From: Candidatus Omnitrophota bacterium
Lineage (GTDB): Bacteria; Omnitrophota; Gorgyraeia; Gygaellales; Profunditerraquicolaceae
Direction of reading: 5' to 3'
DNA length: 42,016 nucleotides
Assembly: GCA_016867005.1 (NCBI GenBank)
Contig: VGKM01000002.1
Location: 1 to 42,016 of the forward strand
Below the pieces are notes generated by a model that made no database searches, was not told where the DNA came from, and worked only from the letters and a program-made list of their open reading frames with translations. The position numbers and the translations under genes were made by a program. Shown here piece after piece: positions 23,754-33,279 of this stretch (its first letter is position 1; each line of letters opens with the position of its first letter).

Positions 23754-25016
23754 TCATAATCCCAATAGGAACATCGGTATCTCTTCATTCCTGACTAAGT
23801 CGCCGTAAGCTTCTCTTTTACGGATAACAAAAACCCGGTCGCCGACCACCATCACTTCCTGCGCACGGCACCGTGAATTATAATTACTGGACATACTGAA
23901 TCCATAGGCGCCGGCACCCATAATTGCCAGATGATCTCCGCCTCTTAAAAGAGGCAGCCTTCGTTCTTTGGCAAAGAAATCCCCGCTTTCGCAGATCGGG
24001 CCGACGACATCGGCCAATTCATTCCTGCCGGCAGGTTCCGATAAAGGCAGGATATTATGATACGCCTCGTATAATGCAGGCCTGATCAGGTCATTCATCC
24101 CCGCATCAACAATAATAAATTTCTTTTTTGGGGTACTCTTAATATACAATACTTTGGTTACCAGGATACCGGAATTCCCGACAATAAACCTGCCGGGTTC
24201 CAAGATGATCTTTAAGTTCAGTTTTTTTAAGATCGGGAGTATTTTTTTCGCATATTTCTGTGCGGTCTGAGGTGTTTCACGGTTATAGATTATCCCTAAT
24301 CCGCCGCCGATATTAAAATATTCCAGGCCGATGCCGATCCTTTGCAAATGCCCGATAAAATCAGCTATTTTCTTAATCGCTGCTACAAACGGCTCGCTTT
24401 CGGCAATCTGAGAGCCGATATGGATATGCAGGCCTACGACTTTGACATTCCCGAAATTGTTCCGCAAAAGCAGGATCTTATAGGCGCTATCCAGGTCAAT
24501 GCCGAATTTATTGGTAATCTTGCCGGTTGTAATGAACTTGTGTGTCTTTGCCTCTACATCGGGATTGATACGGATAGCTACGCGCGCTGTTTTCCCCAGC
24601 TTTTTTGAAATACGGTTTATATTCTCAAGCTCCGGCAGCGACTCAACATTAAAAGACAAAATCCCCCGCCTTATCGCTTCTTCAATCTCCCTGTCAGTTT
24701 TTCCGACGGAGGCATAGACAATCCGTTCCGCAGGGCAGCCGGCTTTTAGGGCCCGGAATAACTCCCCGCCTGAGACAATATCAAGGCCTGCGCCTTTATC
24801 AACCAAGGCCTTTAATATACTGATATTAGAATTGGCTTTGACCGAATAACAGATCAATGTATCAACGCTGTCAAAGGCATTTTTTAGCTTCATGTAGTGG
24901 TCAATTAAAGTATGGTAGCTGTACACATAAAGCGGTGTGCCGAATTTCCTGGCCAAATCTTCGATTTTTACTTTTTCGCAGTATAAGTTGTTGTTTACAT
25001 ATTTAAATTCATGCAT
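23754..25016 (-). CDS. lysA: Diaminopimelate decarboxylase
   Basis: 420 aa with YSVKANSN (PLP Lys), HIHIGSQ, GGGLGI, VVGPICESGD and AGAYGFSMSSNYN. Confidence 0.93.
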   Translation of the reverse strand: MHEFKYVNNNLYCEKVKIEDLARKFGTPLYVYSYHTLIDHYMKLKNAFDSVDTLICYSVKANSNISILKALVDKGAGLDIVSGGELFRALKAGCPAERIVYASVGKTDREIEEAIRRGILSFNVESLPELENINRISKKLGKTARVAIRINPDVEAKTHKFITTGKITNKFGIDLDSAYKILLLRNNFGNVKVVGLHIHIGSQIAESEPFVAAIKKIADFIGHLQRIGIGLEYFNIGGGLGIIYNRETPQTAQKYAKKILPILKKLNLKIILEPGRFIVGNSGILVTKVLYIKSTPKKKFIIVDAGMNDLIRPALYEAYHNILPLSEPAGRNELADVVGPICESGDFFAKERRLPLLRGGDHLAIMGAGAYGFSMSSNYNSRCRAQEVMVVGDRVFVIRKREAYGDLVRNEEIPMFLLGL

Positions 25017-26388
25017 TTAACCTTTTACTCCAAATGTTAAGCTGCTTTAAAACAAGTTTTTCCGCGGTACCGCCGTAACTTGTCTTTAAATTTACTGAAG
25101 CCCATGCATTCAGTATTCTTCTTACATCCGGCGCAAGGCGCGGGGAATACTTCTTAAGCTGGGCACTGCTTAAGCTTGAGATCTTTTTTCCTTTATCCAG
25201 GCAATCTTTTACCATCCTGCCTACGATATCGTGCGCTTCCCTGTAAGAAGTGCCTTTTTTAATCAGGTATTCAACGATATCCACGGAAAAAAGCGATTCA
25301 TCGGCCAATTTTGCCGCGATCGCTTCTTTTTCAACAACAATATTGCCAAACAATGCTATCAAAATCTCCAGGATCTCCTTTATTGTATCAATAGAATCAA
25401 ATAACGGTGGCTTATCAAGCTGCATATCCCTGTTATAAGACAGCGGAAGCCCTTTCATTAAAATCATGACGCTTGATAGATTGCCGTGGATCTTGCCTAC
25501 AGAACCCCTGATGAGTTCCAAAACATCGGGATTCTTCTTATGCGGCATGATACTGGAACCGGTACAGAAAGAAAAATCTATATCGATGAAATTAAACTCT
25601 TTGGTCGACCAAAGGATCAGGTCCTCTGAGATCCGCGAAAGATGCACCGAGAGGATCGCCAGGGCTGATAACGTTTCCAGGATATAATCCCTGTCACTGA
25701 CAGAATCAATGCTGTTTTGCGTCACATATTTAAACCCCAGTTGCGACTGGACATAGCTCCTGTCGATAGGAAGGCCAGAGCCGGACAAGGCACATGCCCC
25801 CAACGGCATAGAATCAATCCTTTCCTTTGCATCGGTTAATCTTTGCTTATCCCTCTGGAGGCACTCGATATAAGCCAAAAGATGGTGTGCCAATAGAACG
25901 CATTGAGCTACCTGTAAATGTGTATATCCGGGGATGATCACATATCTATTCGCTTTGGCAAATTTCAGAATAGATTTCTGCAGCAAGCCGATCAACTCAG
26001 TGGATTCGTTTATTTCGTCTTTAAGGTACATTTTTACATCCAGGGCAACCTGGTCGTTCCTGGAACGGGCGGTATGCAGCTTTCCTGCAACAGGGCCTAT
26101 TTTTTTAAATAGCATATCCTGAATATTCGAATGCACATCCTCTGCCTGATAATCAAACTTAAATTTCCCTCTCTCGATATCTTTTAAAATAAAACTAAGC
26201 CCCTTAATAATCAAAGCGGAATCCCTGCCCGGGATTATTTTCTGTTTCCCGAGCATTTTAGCATGCGCAATACTGCCCACAATATCGTATTTTGCTAACC
26301 GCTTATCGAAAGAAATACTCGAGGTGAATTTATCGGTCAAAACTGAAGTTTTTTTGTTGAACCTGCTACCCCAAAGCTTTTTAGCCAT
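25009..26388 (-). CDS. argH: Argininosuccinate lyase
   Basis: Motifs LWGSRF, TARSRNDQV and GSSIMPHKKNPD. I chose the ATG at 26388 because it is preceded by GGTGAGG-N6. The ORF-track start at 26400 is a GTG inside that SD. Confidence 0.95.
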   Translation of the reverse strand: MAKKLWGSRFNKKTSVLTDKFTSSISFDKRLAKYDIVGSIAHAKMLGKQKIIPGRDSALIIKGLSFILKDIERGKFKFDYQAEDVHSNIQDMLFKKIGPVAGKLHTARSRNDQVALDVKMYLKDEINESTELIGLLQKSILKFAKANRYVIIPGYTHLQVAQCVLLAHHLLAYIECLQRDKQRLTDAKERIDSMPLGACALSGSGLPIDRSYVQSQLGFKYVTQNSIDSVSDRDYILETLSALAILSVHLSRISEDLILWSTKEFNFIDIDFSFCTGSSIMPHKKNPDVLELIRGSVGKIHGNLSSVMILMKGLPLSYNRDMQLDKPPLFDSIDTIKEILEILIALFGNIVVEKEAIAAKLADESLFSVDIVEYLIKKGTSYREAHDIVGRMVKDCLDKGKKISSLSSAQLKKYSPRLAPDVRRILNAWASVNLKTSYGGTAEKLVLKQLNIWSKRLNA

Positions 26389-26407
26389 TTTTTTCCTCAC
26401 CTGCGTC

Positions 26408-27589
26408 CTATCTTTTATAAGGCATGCCCCAAATCTTTATAAACCCCTCTGCGAGCTTCTGGTCAAACTTATCCTCTTTGCCGTAAGTACTTAATTCCTT
26501 TTTATAAAGAGAGTGCTTTGATTTCCTGGATACGGCATTACAGGCGCCTTTAAACAACTTGAGTTTTATGCTGCCGGAAACATACTGTTGCGATGATTCA
26601 ATAAATTTATCCAGGGCCTCTTTTAAAGGAGAAAACCATAGCCCGTAATAAACAAGTTCCGAATATTTTAAGGCGATGACCTCTTTAAAATGCGCCAATT
26701 CCCTGTCCAGCACAACGCTTTCCAGTTCTTTATGGGCGGTATAAAGGATCGTCGCTGCCGGTGCCTCGTAAATTTCCCGGGATTTAATGCCGACTAGCCT
26801 ATTTTCCACCAGATCAGACCTGCCGACCCCAAACATCCCGCCGATTTCATTCAGCATGCTTATCAGGGCCTTTAATTTATATGCCTTGCCGTCTATTTTC
26901 TTAGGGACGCCCTTTTCGAAATAAATCTCTATGTATTTGGCATAGCTCATCGTGCCGGTCGGCCCTTTAGTGATCATATACGCGCTCTCAGGGGGCTCCT
27001 GCTCCAAGTCCTCCAGGATGCCTGATTCAATACTGATGCCCCATAGGTTCCTGTCAATACTGTAGGGCTTTTTTTTGGTAACATCTATCGGGATATTATG
27101 CATCTGGGCATATTCAATCTCTTCTTCCCGTGATTTAAATTCCCATCCCCTTACAGGAGCGATGATTTCCAATTTAGGATCGAGTATCGCTGATGCGACT
27201 TCGATCCTCACCTGGTCATTCCCTTTTCCGGTACAACCGTGCGCTATTGCCTGTGCTTTTTCTTTATGCGCAATTTCAACCAGGTATTTTGCGATTAACG
27301 GCCTGCCTAATGCCGTAGCTAAAAGATACTTTCCTTCATAGATTGCGCCTGCCTTTAACGCGGGAAGGACAAAATCTTCGGCGAATTCATCCTGCAGGTC
27401 TTTAATATAGACCTTGCTTGCGCCGGCAGCATATGCCCTTTTTTCTATGGCAGAGATATTTTCGCCCTGGCCTAAACCCTGGCCTAAATCTGCCATAAAA
27501 CATACCACTTCATAGCCTTGTTCAGACAACCATTTGACTATACAAGATGTATCCAGCCCTCCCGAGTATGCCAATATGACTTTTTTCAT
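26408..27589 (-). CDS. argG: Argininosuccinate synthase
   Basis: 393 aa with AYSGGLDTS, HGCTGKGNDQVR and SIDRNLWG. Confidence 0.96.
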   Translation of the reverse strand: MKKVILAYSGGLDTSCIVKWLSEQGYEVVCFMADLGQGLGQGENISAIEKRAYAAGASKVYIKDLQDEFAEDFVLPALKAGAIYEGKYLLATALGRPLIAKYLVEIAHKEKAQAIAHGCTGKGNDQVRIEVASAILDPKLEIIAPVRGWEFKSREEEIEYAQMHNIPIDVTKKKPYSIDRNLWGISIESGILEDLEQEPPESAYMITKGPTGTMSYAKYIEIYFEKGVPKKIDGKAYKLKALISMLNEIGGMFGVGRSDLVENRLVGIKSREIYEAPAATILYTAHKELESVVLDRELAHFKEVIALKYSELVYYGLWFSPLKEALDKFIESSQQYVSGSIKLKLFKGACNAVSRKSKHSLYKKELSTYGKEDKFDQKLAEGFIKIWGMPYKR

Positions 27590-28488
27590 TTTTTTGCTCC
27601 TAACAACTTGATTAAAATTGCCTTCTGCACATGCATCCTGTTTTCCGCCTCATCAAATACAACAGATTGAGGGCTGTCAATCGCCCCGTCGGTTATCTCC
27701 TGGCCCCTGTGCGCAGGCAGGCAATGCATAACTAATGCCCCCTTGTTAGCAAAGCTTAACAGTTTCTGATTGACCTGAAAAGGTTTGAATATTTCTTTTC
27801 TCTTTTCCGCCTCGTCTTCCTGCCCCATACTTGCCCAGACATCGGTATAAACCACATCTGCCCCTTTTGCTGCCTCAATCGGGTCATTAAATAATCTTAC
27901 GGAACCACCCGCTGCCCGGACAACAGAGCTTTCCGGCTCAAATCCTGCAGGCGTAGCAACATTTATTTTCATGCCCGTCTTAAAACACGCGTAGATGAGC
28001 GAATTACAAACATTATTGCCGTCTCCGGTATAAACCAGGGTCTTGCCTTTTAAGCTTTTTAATTTTTCTTTTACCGTAAAAATATCCGCCAGCGCCTGGC
28101 AAGGATGCGAAAAATCCGATAAGCCGTTTATCACGGGGATTGATGCAAATTTTGCCATTTCCAGGACATTTTTATGTTCATAGGTCCTCAGGACTATCCC
28201 GTCGCAATACCGGCTGAGGGTTTTTGCTACATCATGGATGGACTCCCTGACGCCCAGGTTTATTTCATCCGGGCCAAGGTAAATCGAGTTCCCTCCCAAT
28301 TGATACATCCCGACCTCAAAAGAGACCCGCGTCCTGTTGGAGGGCTTCTGAAAAATCAAGGCAATGGTCTTGCCCGATAAGGCCTTGGCAAACTTGGATT
28401 TATTTTTCTTAAGTTTTCCGGTTAATTCAAAAATCGCCTGAATTTCTTTTGGGTCCATGTCACTAATCGAAATAAAATCCTTCTTCAC
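27586..28488 (-). CDS. argF: Ornithine carbamoyltransferase
   Basis: 300 aa with FQKPSNRTRVSFE, DVWASMG and HCLPAHRG. Confidence 0.94.
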   Translation of the reverse strand: MKKDFISISDMDPKEIQAIFELTGKLKKNKSKFAKALSGKTIALIFQKPSNRTRVSFEVGMYQLGGNSIYLGPDEINLGVRESIHDVAKTLSRYCDGIVLRTYEHKNVLEMAKFASIPVINGLSDFSHPCQALADIFTVKEKLKSLKGKTLVYTGDGNNVCNSLIYACFKTGMKINVATPAGFEPESSVVRAAGGSVRLFNDPIEAAKGADVVYTDVWASMGQEDEAEKRKEIFKPFQVNQKLLSFANKGALVMHCLPAHRGQEITDGAIDSPQSVVFDEAENRMHVQKAILIKLLGAKK

Positions 28489-28492
28489 CCTT

Positions 28493-29674
28493 TTAACCCT
28501 CCGTTGCCATAAATACGTTATTTAATATCGCCATAGCCTTGTCTATCTCTTTCTTTGTAATATTGAGCGCCGGCATTAACCTGAGGACTTTCCCATGGGT
28601 ACAATTGATCAACAATCCCTTTTCAATGCAGGACTCGACGATTTTTTTCCCTTCCAAATTAAGCTCAACGCCAAACATAAGCCCTATACCCCTTATTTCT
28701 TTTATCAAAGAAAATCTGCTTTTCAACTGTTCTAATTTCGTTAATAGATACTCCCCCATTTTTTGGGAATTTAAAAGCAGTTTTTCTTTTTTAACCGCAG
28801 TCAATACCGCCAGTGCCGCCCTTGAAACCAAAGGCGAACCCCCGAAAGTCGAAGCATGCATTCCCGGGCCCAAAGTATCTGCAATTTCTTTCTTAACCAC
28901 CATGGCACCTATCGGCAGGCCTCCGCCCAATGCCTTGGCAAGCGTCATGATATCAGGAGTAATGCCGTAGTTTTGGTAACAAAAATATTTTCCGGTCCTG
29001 CCGATGCCTGTTTGCACTTCATCAATAATAAGGAGCAGCTTCTTCTCGTCGCAAATCTTTCTTAGTTCCAAAACAAACTGTTTATCCGCAATATTGACAC
29101 CGCCTTCCCCCTGGACCAGTTCCAGCATGATTGCTATGGTCTTATCAGTTAAAGCATTCTTTACCGCATCAATATCGTTGAATTTGACGGATTTAAAGCC
29201 GGCTAACAGGGGCTGGAAACCTTCTTGATACTTACCCTGAGCCGTAGCTGACAAAGCGCCCATAGTCCTGCCGTGAAAAGAATCAAAAAATGTAATTATT
29301 TCAAATTTCCCCGAACCGTATTTCCTGGCAAACTTGATAGCCGCTTCATTTGCTTCCGCTCCCGAATTACAGAAAAAAACCTTCCCCGGATAAGAACAAT
29401 CTATAATTGCCTTGGCTAGTTTTGCCTGCGGCAAATGATAATAATTATTAGGGATAAAAATAAGCTTCTTTACCTGATCCCTGATTGCCTGCATTACTTT
29501 AGGATGGCAATGCCCTAAATTACCCACTCCCCATCCCGGGAAAAAATCCAGATAGGCCTTGTTATGTATATCCCAAAGCTTACTGCCCTTTCCTTTGGTG
29601 AACACTAAAGGCACCTTGGTATAAGTAGGCATTATATTGTCGTTATAACTGGAAAAAACCTGCTCTATCTTCAT
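28493..29674 (-). CDS. argD: Acetylornithine aminotransferase
   Basis: 393 aa with NSGAEANEAAIK, DEVQTGIGRTGK, TLAKALGGG and STFGGSPL. Confidence 0.93.
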   Translation of the reverse strand: MKIEQVFSSYNDNIMPTYTKVPLVFTKGKGSKLWDIHNKAYLDFFPGWGVGNLGHCHPKVMQAIRDQVKKLIFIPNNYYHLPQAKLAKAIIDCSYPGKVFFCNSGAEANEAAIKFARKYGSGKFEIITFFDSFHGRTMGALSATAQGKYQEGFQPLLAGFKSVKFNDIDAVKNALTDKTIAIMLELVQGEGGVNIADKQFVLELRKICDEKKLLLIIDEVQTGIGRTGKYFCYQNYGITPDIMTLAKALGGGLPIGAMVVKKEIADTLGPGMHASTFGGSPLVSRAALAVLTAVKKEKLLLNSQKMGEYLLTKLEQLKSRFSLIKEIRGIGLMFGVELNLEGKKIVESCIEKGLLINCTHGKVLRLMPALNITKKEIDKAMAILNNVFMATEG

Positions 29675-30525
29675 TTTACTATTTCCGTCCCGACTCCCTC
29701 ATTAGTGAATATTTCAAGCAGAAGCCCGTGCGATATACGCGCATCGATCATATGGGTCTTTTTTACATCGCCTTTCAGCGCTTCAATACAGGCCTTTGCC
29801 TTAGGGATCATCCCCTGCTGCACGACGTTTTCATTTATCAACCCTTCTGCTTCCTCAATCGTCAATGTTGAAATAAAAGAATGCGGGTCATCGGCCCTGC
29901 GCATAATCCCCAGGACATTAGTAAGCATGACTAATTTCTCGGCCTTAAGCGCCACAGCTATATTAGCTGCTGCTTCATCGGCATTCACATTATATGTTTT
30001 TCTATCAGTTCCCCTGCCCATAGGCAATATCACGGCTATTTTATCATACCTGAGAGCTTCCAAAATAGGGTCCGTATTTATCCCGACTATATGCCCGACT
30101 AATCCCAGGTCGATCTTGGCTTTCTTTTTCTCTGCCTGGATGACTTTATCGTCTTTGCCGTTTAAGGCAACTGCCTTTGCGCCCAATTCTGAGATTTCCT
30201 CAACGATCGTATTGTTTAATTTCAGTAATTCCTCTCCTACCACCTTTAGCGTCTCTTCGTCGGTTACCCGCATCCCGTCTACAAACTCCGCTTTTTTTCC
30301 GCTTGTGCGCATGCGGTCGCTGATATTGGGGCCTCCGCCGTGGACCAAGACCGGCCTTAAACCCATGAAATTCAAAAAAACTATATCCTCCAATATCGCC
30401 TTTCTGATCTTATCATCCCCCAGGATGCTTCCGCCGTATTTGATAACTATCACTTTTTTATGGAATTTCTTAATATAAGGCAGTGCTTCAACCAGCACTT
30501 CGGCTTTCTTAATTGCTTCTTCCAT
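29671..30525 (-). CDS. argB: Acetylglutamate kinase
   Basis: 284 aa with VIKYGGS, VHGGGP and NVNADEAA. Confidence 0.95.
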   Translation of the reverse strand: MEEAIKKAEVLVEALPYIKKFHKKVIVIKYGGSILGDDKIRKAILEDIVFLNFMGLRPVLVHGGGPNISDRMRTSGKKAEFVDGMRVTDEETLKVVGEELLKLNNTIVEEISELGAKAVALNGKDDKVIQAEKKKAKIDLGLVGHIVGINTDPILEALRYDKIAVILPMGRGTDRKTYNVNADEAAANIAVALKAEKLVMLTNVLGIMRRADDPHSFISTLTIEEAEGLINENVVQQGMIPKAKACIEALKGDVKKTHMIDARISHGLLLEIFTNEGVGTEIVK

Positions 30526-30537
30526 GCTTTCCCTTTC

Positions 30538-30557
30538 CCTGCCTGCCGGCAGGCAGG
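30538..30557. repeat. 20-bp perfect GC-rich palindrome CCTGCCTGCCGGCAGGCAGG filling the argJ-argB junction
   Basis: Read directly. It starts right after the argJ stop (30558-30560) and ends 12 nt before the argB ATG. A near-identical copy lies at 36904-36923. Confidence 0.95.
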
Positions 30558-31694
30558 TTAATTATACTCGGCATTTATTTTAACGTATTCCGGGGTAAGG
30601 TCAGACGTAAAAACAACGGCATCGGATTTACCCACGCCCAAGGAAACCAAAACATTGATTTCTTTTTTCTTTAAAGAGCTTACTTTAATTTTAATACTAT
30701 CCTCCCTGACTGCTATCCCGCTTGCGCCTACTGCAGCTACAATCCTTCCGAAATTGGGATTTTCTCCGAAAACCGCCGTCTTAAAAAGATTGGAATTTGC
30801 AATTGCAAGGCATGCGGTTTTTGCCTCGCTTTTATTCCTGGCGCCTATTACTTTTATAATGATGAATTTTGTCGCGCCCTCGCCGTCTTTAACGATTGAT
30901 TGTGCCAGATCAATACAAACCGTGTTTAATGCCTTAAGAAACGCCTGGTAGGAACTGCCGCCGTTAATGAGCAGGTTATCTGCCGCCCCGTTAGCCATTA
31001 CAATCACAGTATCGTTGGTGCTCATACAGCCATCGACAGTTATGCAGTTAAAAGAATTATTTACCGCCTCAACCAGTGCTTTTTTCAGAATGCCCTTTTC
31101 GATATTGGCATCGGTAAAGATAAAAGAAAGCATTGTCGCCATGTTGGGCGCGATCATACCGGCGCCCTTAGCAATCCCGCAGATCGTCACTTTCTTCTTC
31201 CCGATTTTAAACTGGGCTGTTACCTCTTTAGCAAAAGTATCGGTAGTCATGATTGCAAGCTTTGCCTTATCGATCCCTTTCCTGGAGAGCCCTTTTACCA
31301 ATACCGGCACAGCATTCATGATCTTTTTTATGGGAAGCGGCTTGCCGATTACCCCTGTTGAAGCCACCAATACTTCCCTTTGCGACAACCCTAAATATTT
31401 AGCGGCAGAACCAGCCTCGGCTTCTGCATCTTCTAACCCTCTTTTGCCTGTAAAGCAATTGGCATTACCGCTATTAGCAATAATCGCCTGATGAGATGAA
31501 CTGGCTAAAAGGTGTTTTTTAGAAACAACCAAAGGCGCAGCGATGATTTTGTTAGCCGTAAATACACACGAGGCCTTTGCGGGGATTTCGGAATAATATA
31601 AAGCAAGGTCAACTTTACCATTATTTCTTATCCCGGCGCAGGTTGCGCTTGCGGTAAAACCCGCGGGTAGAATAGCTTTATGATATATGGCCAT
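30558..31694 (-). CDS. argJ: Bifunctional ornithine acetyltransferase / N-acetylglutamate synthase
   Basis: 378 aa with the autoprocessing site PNMATMLSFIFTDA and the C-terminal ending ...YVKINAEY. Confidence 0.94.
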   Translation of the reverse strand: MAIYHKAILPAGFTASATCAGIRNNGKVDLALYYSEIPAKASCVFTANKIIAAPLVVSKKHLLASSSHQAIIANSGNANCFTGKRGLEDAEAEAGSAAKYLGLSQREVLVASTGVIGKPLPIKKIMNAVPVLVKGLSRKGIDKAKLAIMTTDTFAKEVTAQFKIGKKKVTICGIAKGAGMIAPNMATMLSFIFTDANIEKGILKKALVEAVNNSFNCITVDGCMSTNDTVIVMANGAADNLLINGGSSYQAFLKALNTVCIDLAQSIVKDGEGATKFIIIKVIGARNKSEAKTACLAIANSNLFKTAVFGENPNFGRIVAAVGASGIAVREDSIKIKVSSLKKKEINVLVSLGVGKSDAVVFTSDLTPEYVKINAEYN

Positions 31695-32713
31695 TAGAAT
31701 AACCCGAGTGTTTCGGGGAATTTGTACATTATATTCATATTCTGTACAGCAGTGCCTGAGGCACCCTTTAGTAGATTGTCAATAGCAGCAATAATAACTA
31801 TGTTATCGTCAAATTCCTTTAAACCGATATCGCAGAAATTAGTACCGCTCACATCCTTTATCCTCGGGAAGGCCCCCTCTTCTTTTATCCTTATAAAGGG
31901 CTCTTTTTTGTAGAACCTTTTATATAACTCTGTCAACTTAACCTTTGAGCTCTTTCCTTTAACTTTTTTTAAATAAATCGTCTCAAGGATACCCCGGTTT
32001 ATAGGCAAAAGGTGAGGTACGAAAGTCACCTTAACTTTTTTAACTGCCAATTTTGACAAAACCTGGTTGATTTCAGGTGTATGCTGATGCACTCCTACCT
32101 TATAGGCCTTGAAATCTTCATTGATTTCCGAAAACAGAAAACCCTCGGCTATTTTCTTACCGGCACCCGTAACGCCGGACTTAGCATCGATGATTATTGA
32201 ACTAAGGTCAGCCAACCCTAATGCAGCAATAGGCGCTAAAGCCAGGATCGCCGCCGCCGGATAACATCCCGGATTAGCAATAAGAGAGGCACCCTTAATT
32301 TTATTCCTATACAGTTCCGGCAGCCCGTAAACGGCCTTTTGTAAATTGGTTTTATCCGAATGTTTTACGCCATAATAATCCCTGTAAACCTTCACGTTCT
32401 TGAGCCGGTAGTCGGCACTCAAATCAATTACTTTTTTCCCGGCGGCCAAAAGCTTCGGCACTACAGCCATGCTGGATGTATGCGGCAGGGCTAAAAATAA
32501 CAGGTCGCACTTGGCAATAGCTTCTTTTAAGTTTGTCGGCCCGCAGATAATCCCGGTGCGGCTTCCAAACTTAGGAAAGATCTCCGAAACAGGCAGTGTT
32601 AAGTCGCTCTTCCTGGAGGCATAAGACAACCTTACGCCAGGATGAGTTAAGAGGATTTCTACGAGCGCCTCGCCGGTATATCCGGCGCTGCCGATAATGC
32701 CTACGTTAACCAT
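31694..32713 (-). CDS. argC: N-acetyl-gamma-glutamyl-phosphate reductase
   Basis: Motifs VGIIGSAGYTGE and ANPGCYPAA (catalytic Cys). I prefer the start at 32713 (MVNVGIIG, AGGA-N6 upstream). The ORF-track alternative is 32728. The stop overlaps the argJ start (TAATG). Confidence 0.93.
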   Translation of the reverse strand: MVNVGIIGSAGYTGEALVEILLTHPGVRLSYASRKSDLTLPVSEIFPKFGSRTGIICGPTNLKEAIAKCDLLFLALPHTSSMAVVPKLLAAGKKVIDLSADYRLKNVKVYRDYYGVKHSDKTNLQKAVYGLPELYRNKIKGASLIANPGCYPAAAILALAPIAALGLADLSSIIIDAKSGVTGAGKKIAEGFLFSEINEDFKAYKVGVHQHTPEINQVLSKLAVKKVKVTFVPHLLPINRGILETIYLKKVKGKSSKVKLTELYKRFYKKEPFIRIKEEGAFPRIKDVSGTNFCDIGLKEFDDNIVIIAAIDNLLKGASGTAVQNMNIMYKFPETLGLF

Positions 32714-32762
32714 ACGCAATCCTTTCATGAATTCCGACGGAAAGCATCAATTTAATATTTTA

Positions 32763-32791
32763 ATCATAAGCTAAAATCCAATTATAGTCAA
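32763..32791 (-). promoter_or_regulatory. Sigma70-type promoter of the arg-lys-dap gene string
   Basis: The minus strand has TTGACT (32791-32786), a 17-nt spacer and TATGAT (32768-32763). It lies between the rpsI terminator and argC. Confidence 0.55.
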
Positions 32792-32810
32792 GAACTTTCT
32801 CGTCGATAGC

Positions 32811-32839
32811 AAAAAAAATCCCGCTTCATCAGCGGGATT
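32811..32839 (-). terminator. Rho-independent terminator of rplM-rpsI
   Basis: The minus strand reads AATCCCGC-tgatgaa-GCGGGATT followed by a T-run (A8 at 32811-32818 on the plus strand). It lies about 40 nt after the rpsI stop. Confidence 0.8.
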
Positions 32840-32879
32840 CGATTATTGCCTTATCTATAATTTTTTAATACTACATCAA

Positions 32880-33275
32880 TTACCTCTTAGTCCACTGGAA
32901 GCGTTTGCGTGCGCCCTTTAAGCCGAACTTCTTGCGTTCCTTCGTGCGAGGGTCGCGGGTTAAAAAGCTGCTTTTACGCATTAAATCTTTAAGGGCGGGC
33001 TCCGCCAAGATCAAGGCCCTGGAGATCCCGTGCCTTACGGCGCCGGCCTGGCCCGTCAAACCACCACCAGTAACATTAGCTATTACATTATATTTAGTCA
33101 TATTATTGCTTACAATCAACGGCTGCTGAATAATGATCCTGTCTGTTTCTCTTAAAAAATATTTATCAAACGGCCTTTTATTTATCGTAATATCACCCTT
33201 ACCGGGCATAAGATATACCCTTGCTACTGCTTCTTTACGCCTGCCGACTGCCGAATATTTTTCTGTTTGCTCCAT
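32880..33275 (-). CDS. rpsI: 30S ribosomal protein S9
   Basis: 131 aa with GGGLTGQAGAVRHGISRAL and the C-terminus ...RKRFQWTKR. Confidence 0.97.
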   Translation of the reverse strand: MEQTEKYSAVGRRKEAVARVYLMPGKGDITINKRPFDKYFLRETDRIIIQQPLIVSNNMTKYNVIANVTGGGLTGQAGAVRHGISRALILAEPALKDLMRKSSFLTRDPRTKERKKFGLKGARKRFQWTKR

Positions 33276-33279
33276 TTAA

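Noticed and set aside
29705-30478. Long plus-strand ORFs (257 aa here; also 39299-40144 at 281 aa, 21977-22534 at 185 aa, 35818-36351 at 177 aa, 30967-31491 at 174 aa, and many shorter ones)
   Set aside because: Each lies entirely antisense to a confidently identified minus-strand gene (argB, fabF, dapA, leuB, argJ). Their translations are low-complexity and Ser/Pro/Ile-rich, typical of shadow frames. None has an SD or promoter context.
32745-32768. ArgR (ARG box) operator overlapping the arg promoter
   Set aside because: The best candidate, TGATTAAAATATTA, matches only about 10 of 14 positions of the TGAAT-W4-ATTCA core. In AT-rich DNA this is not distinguishable from background.
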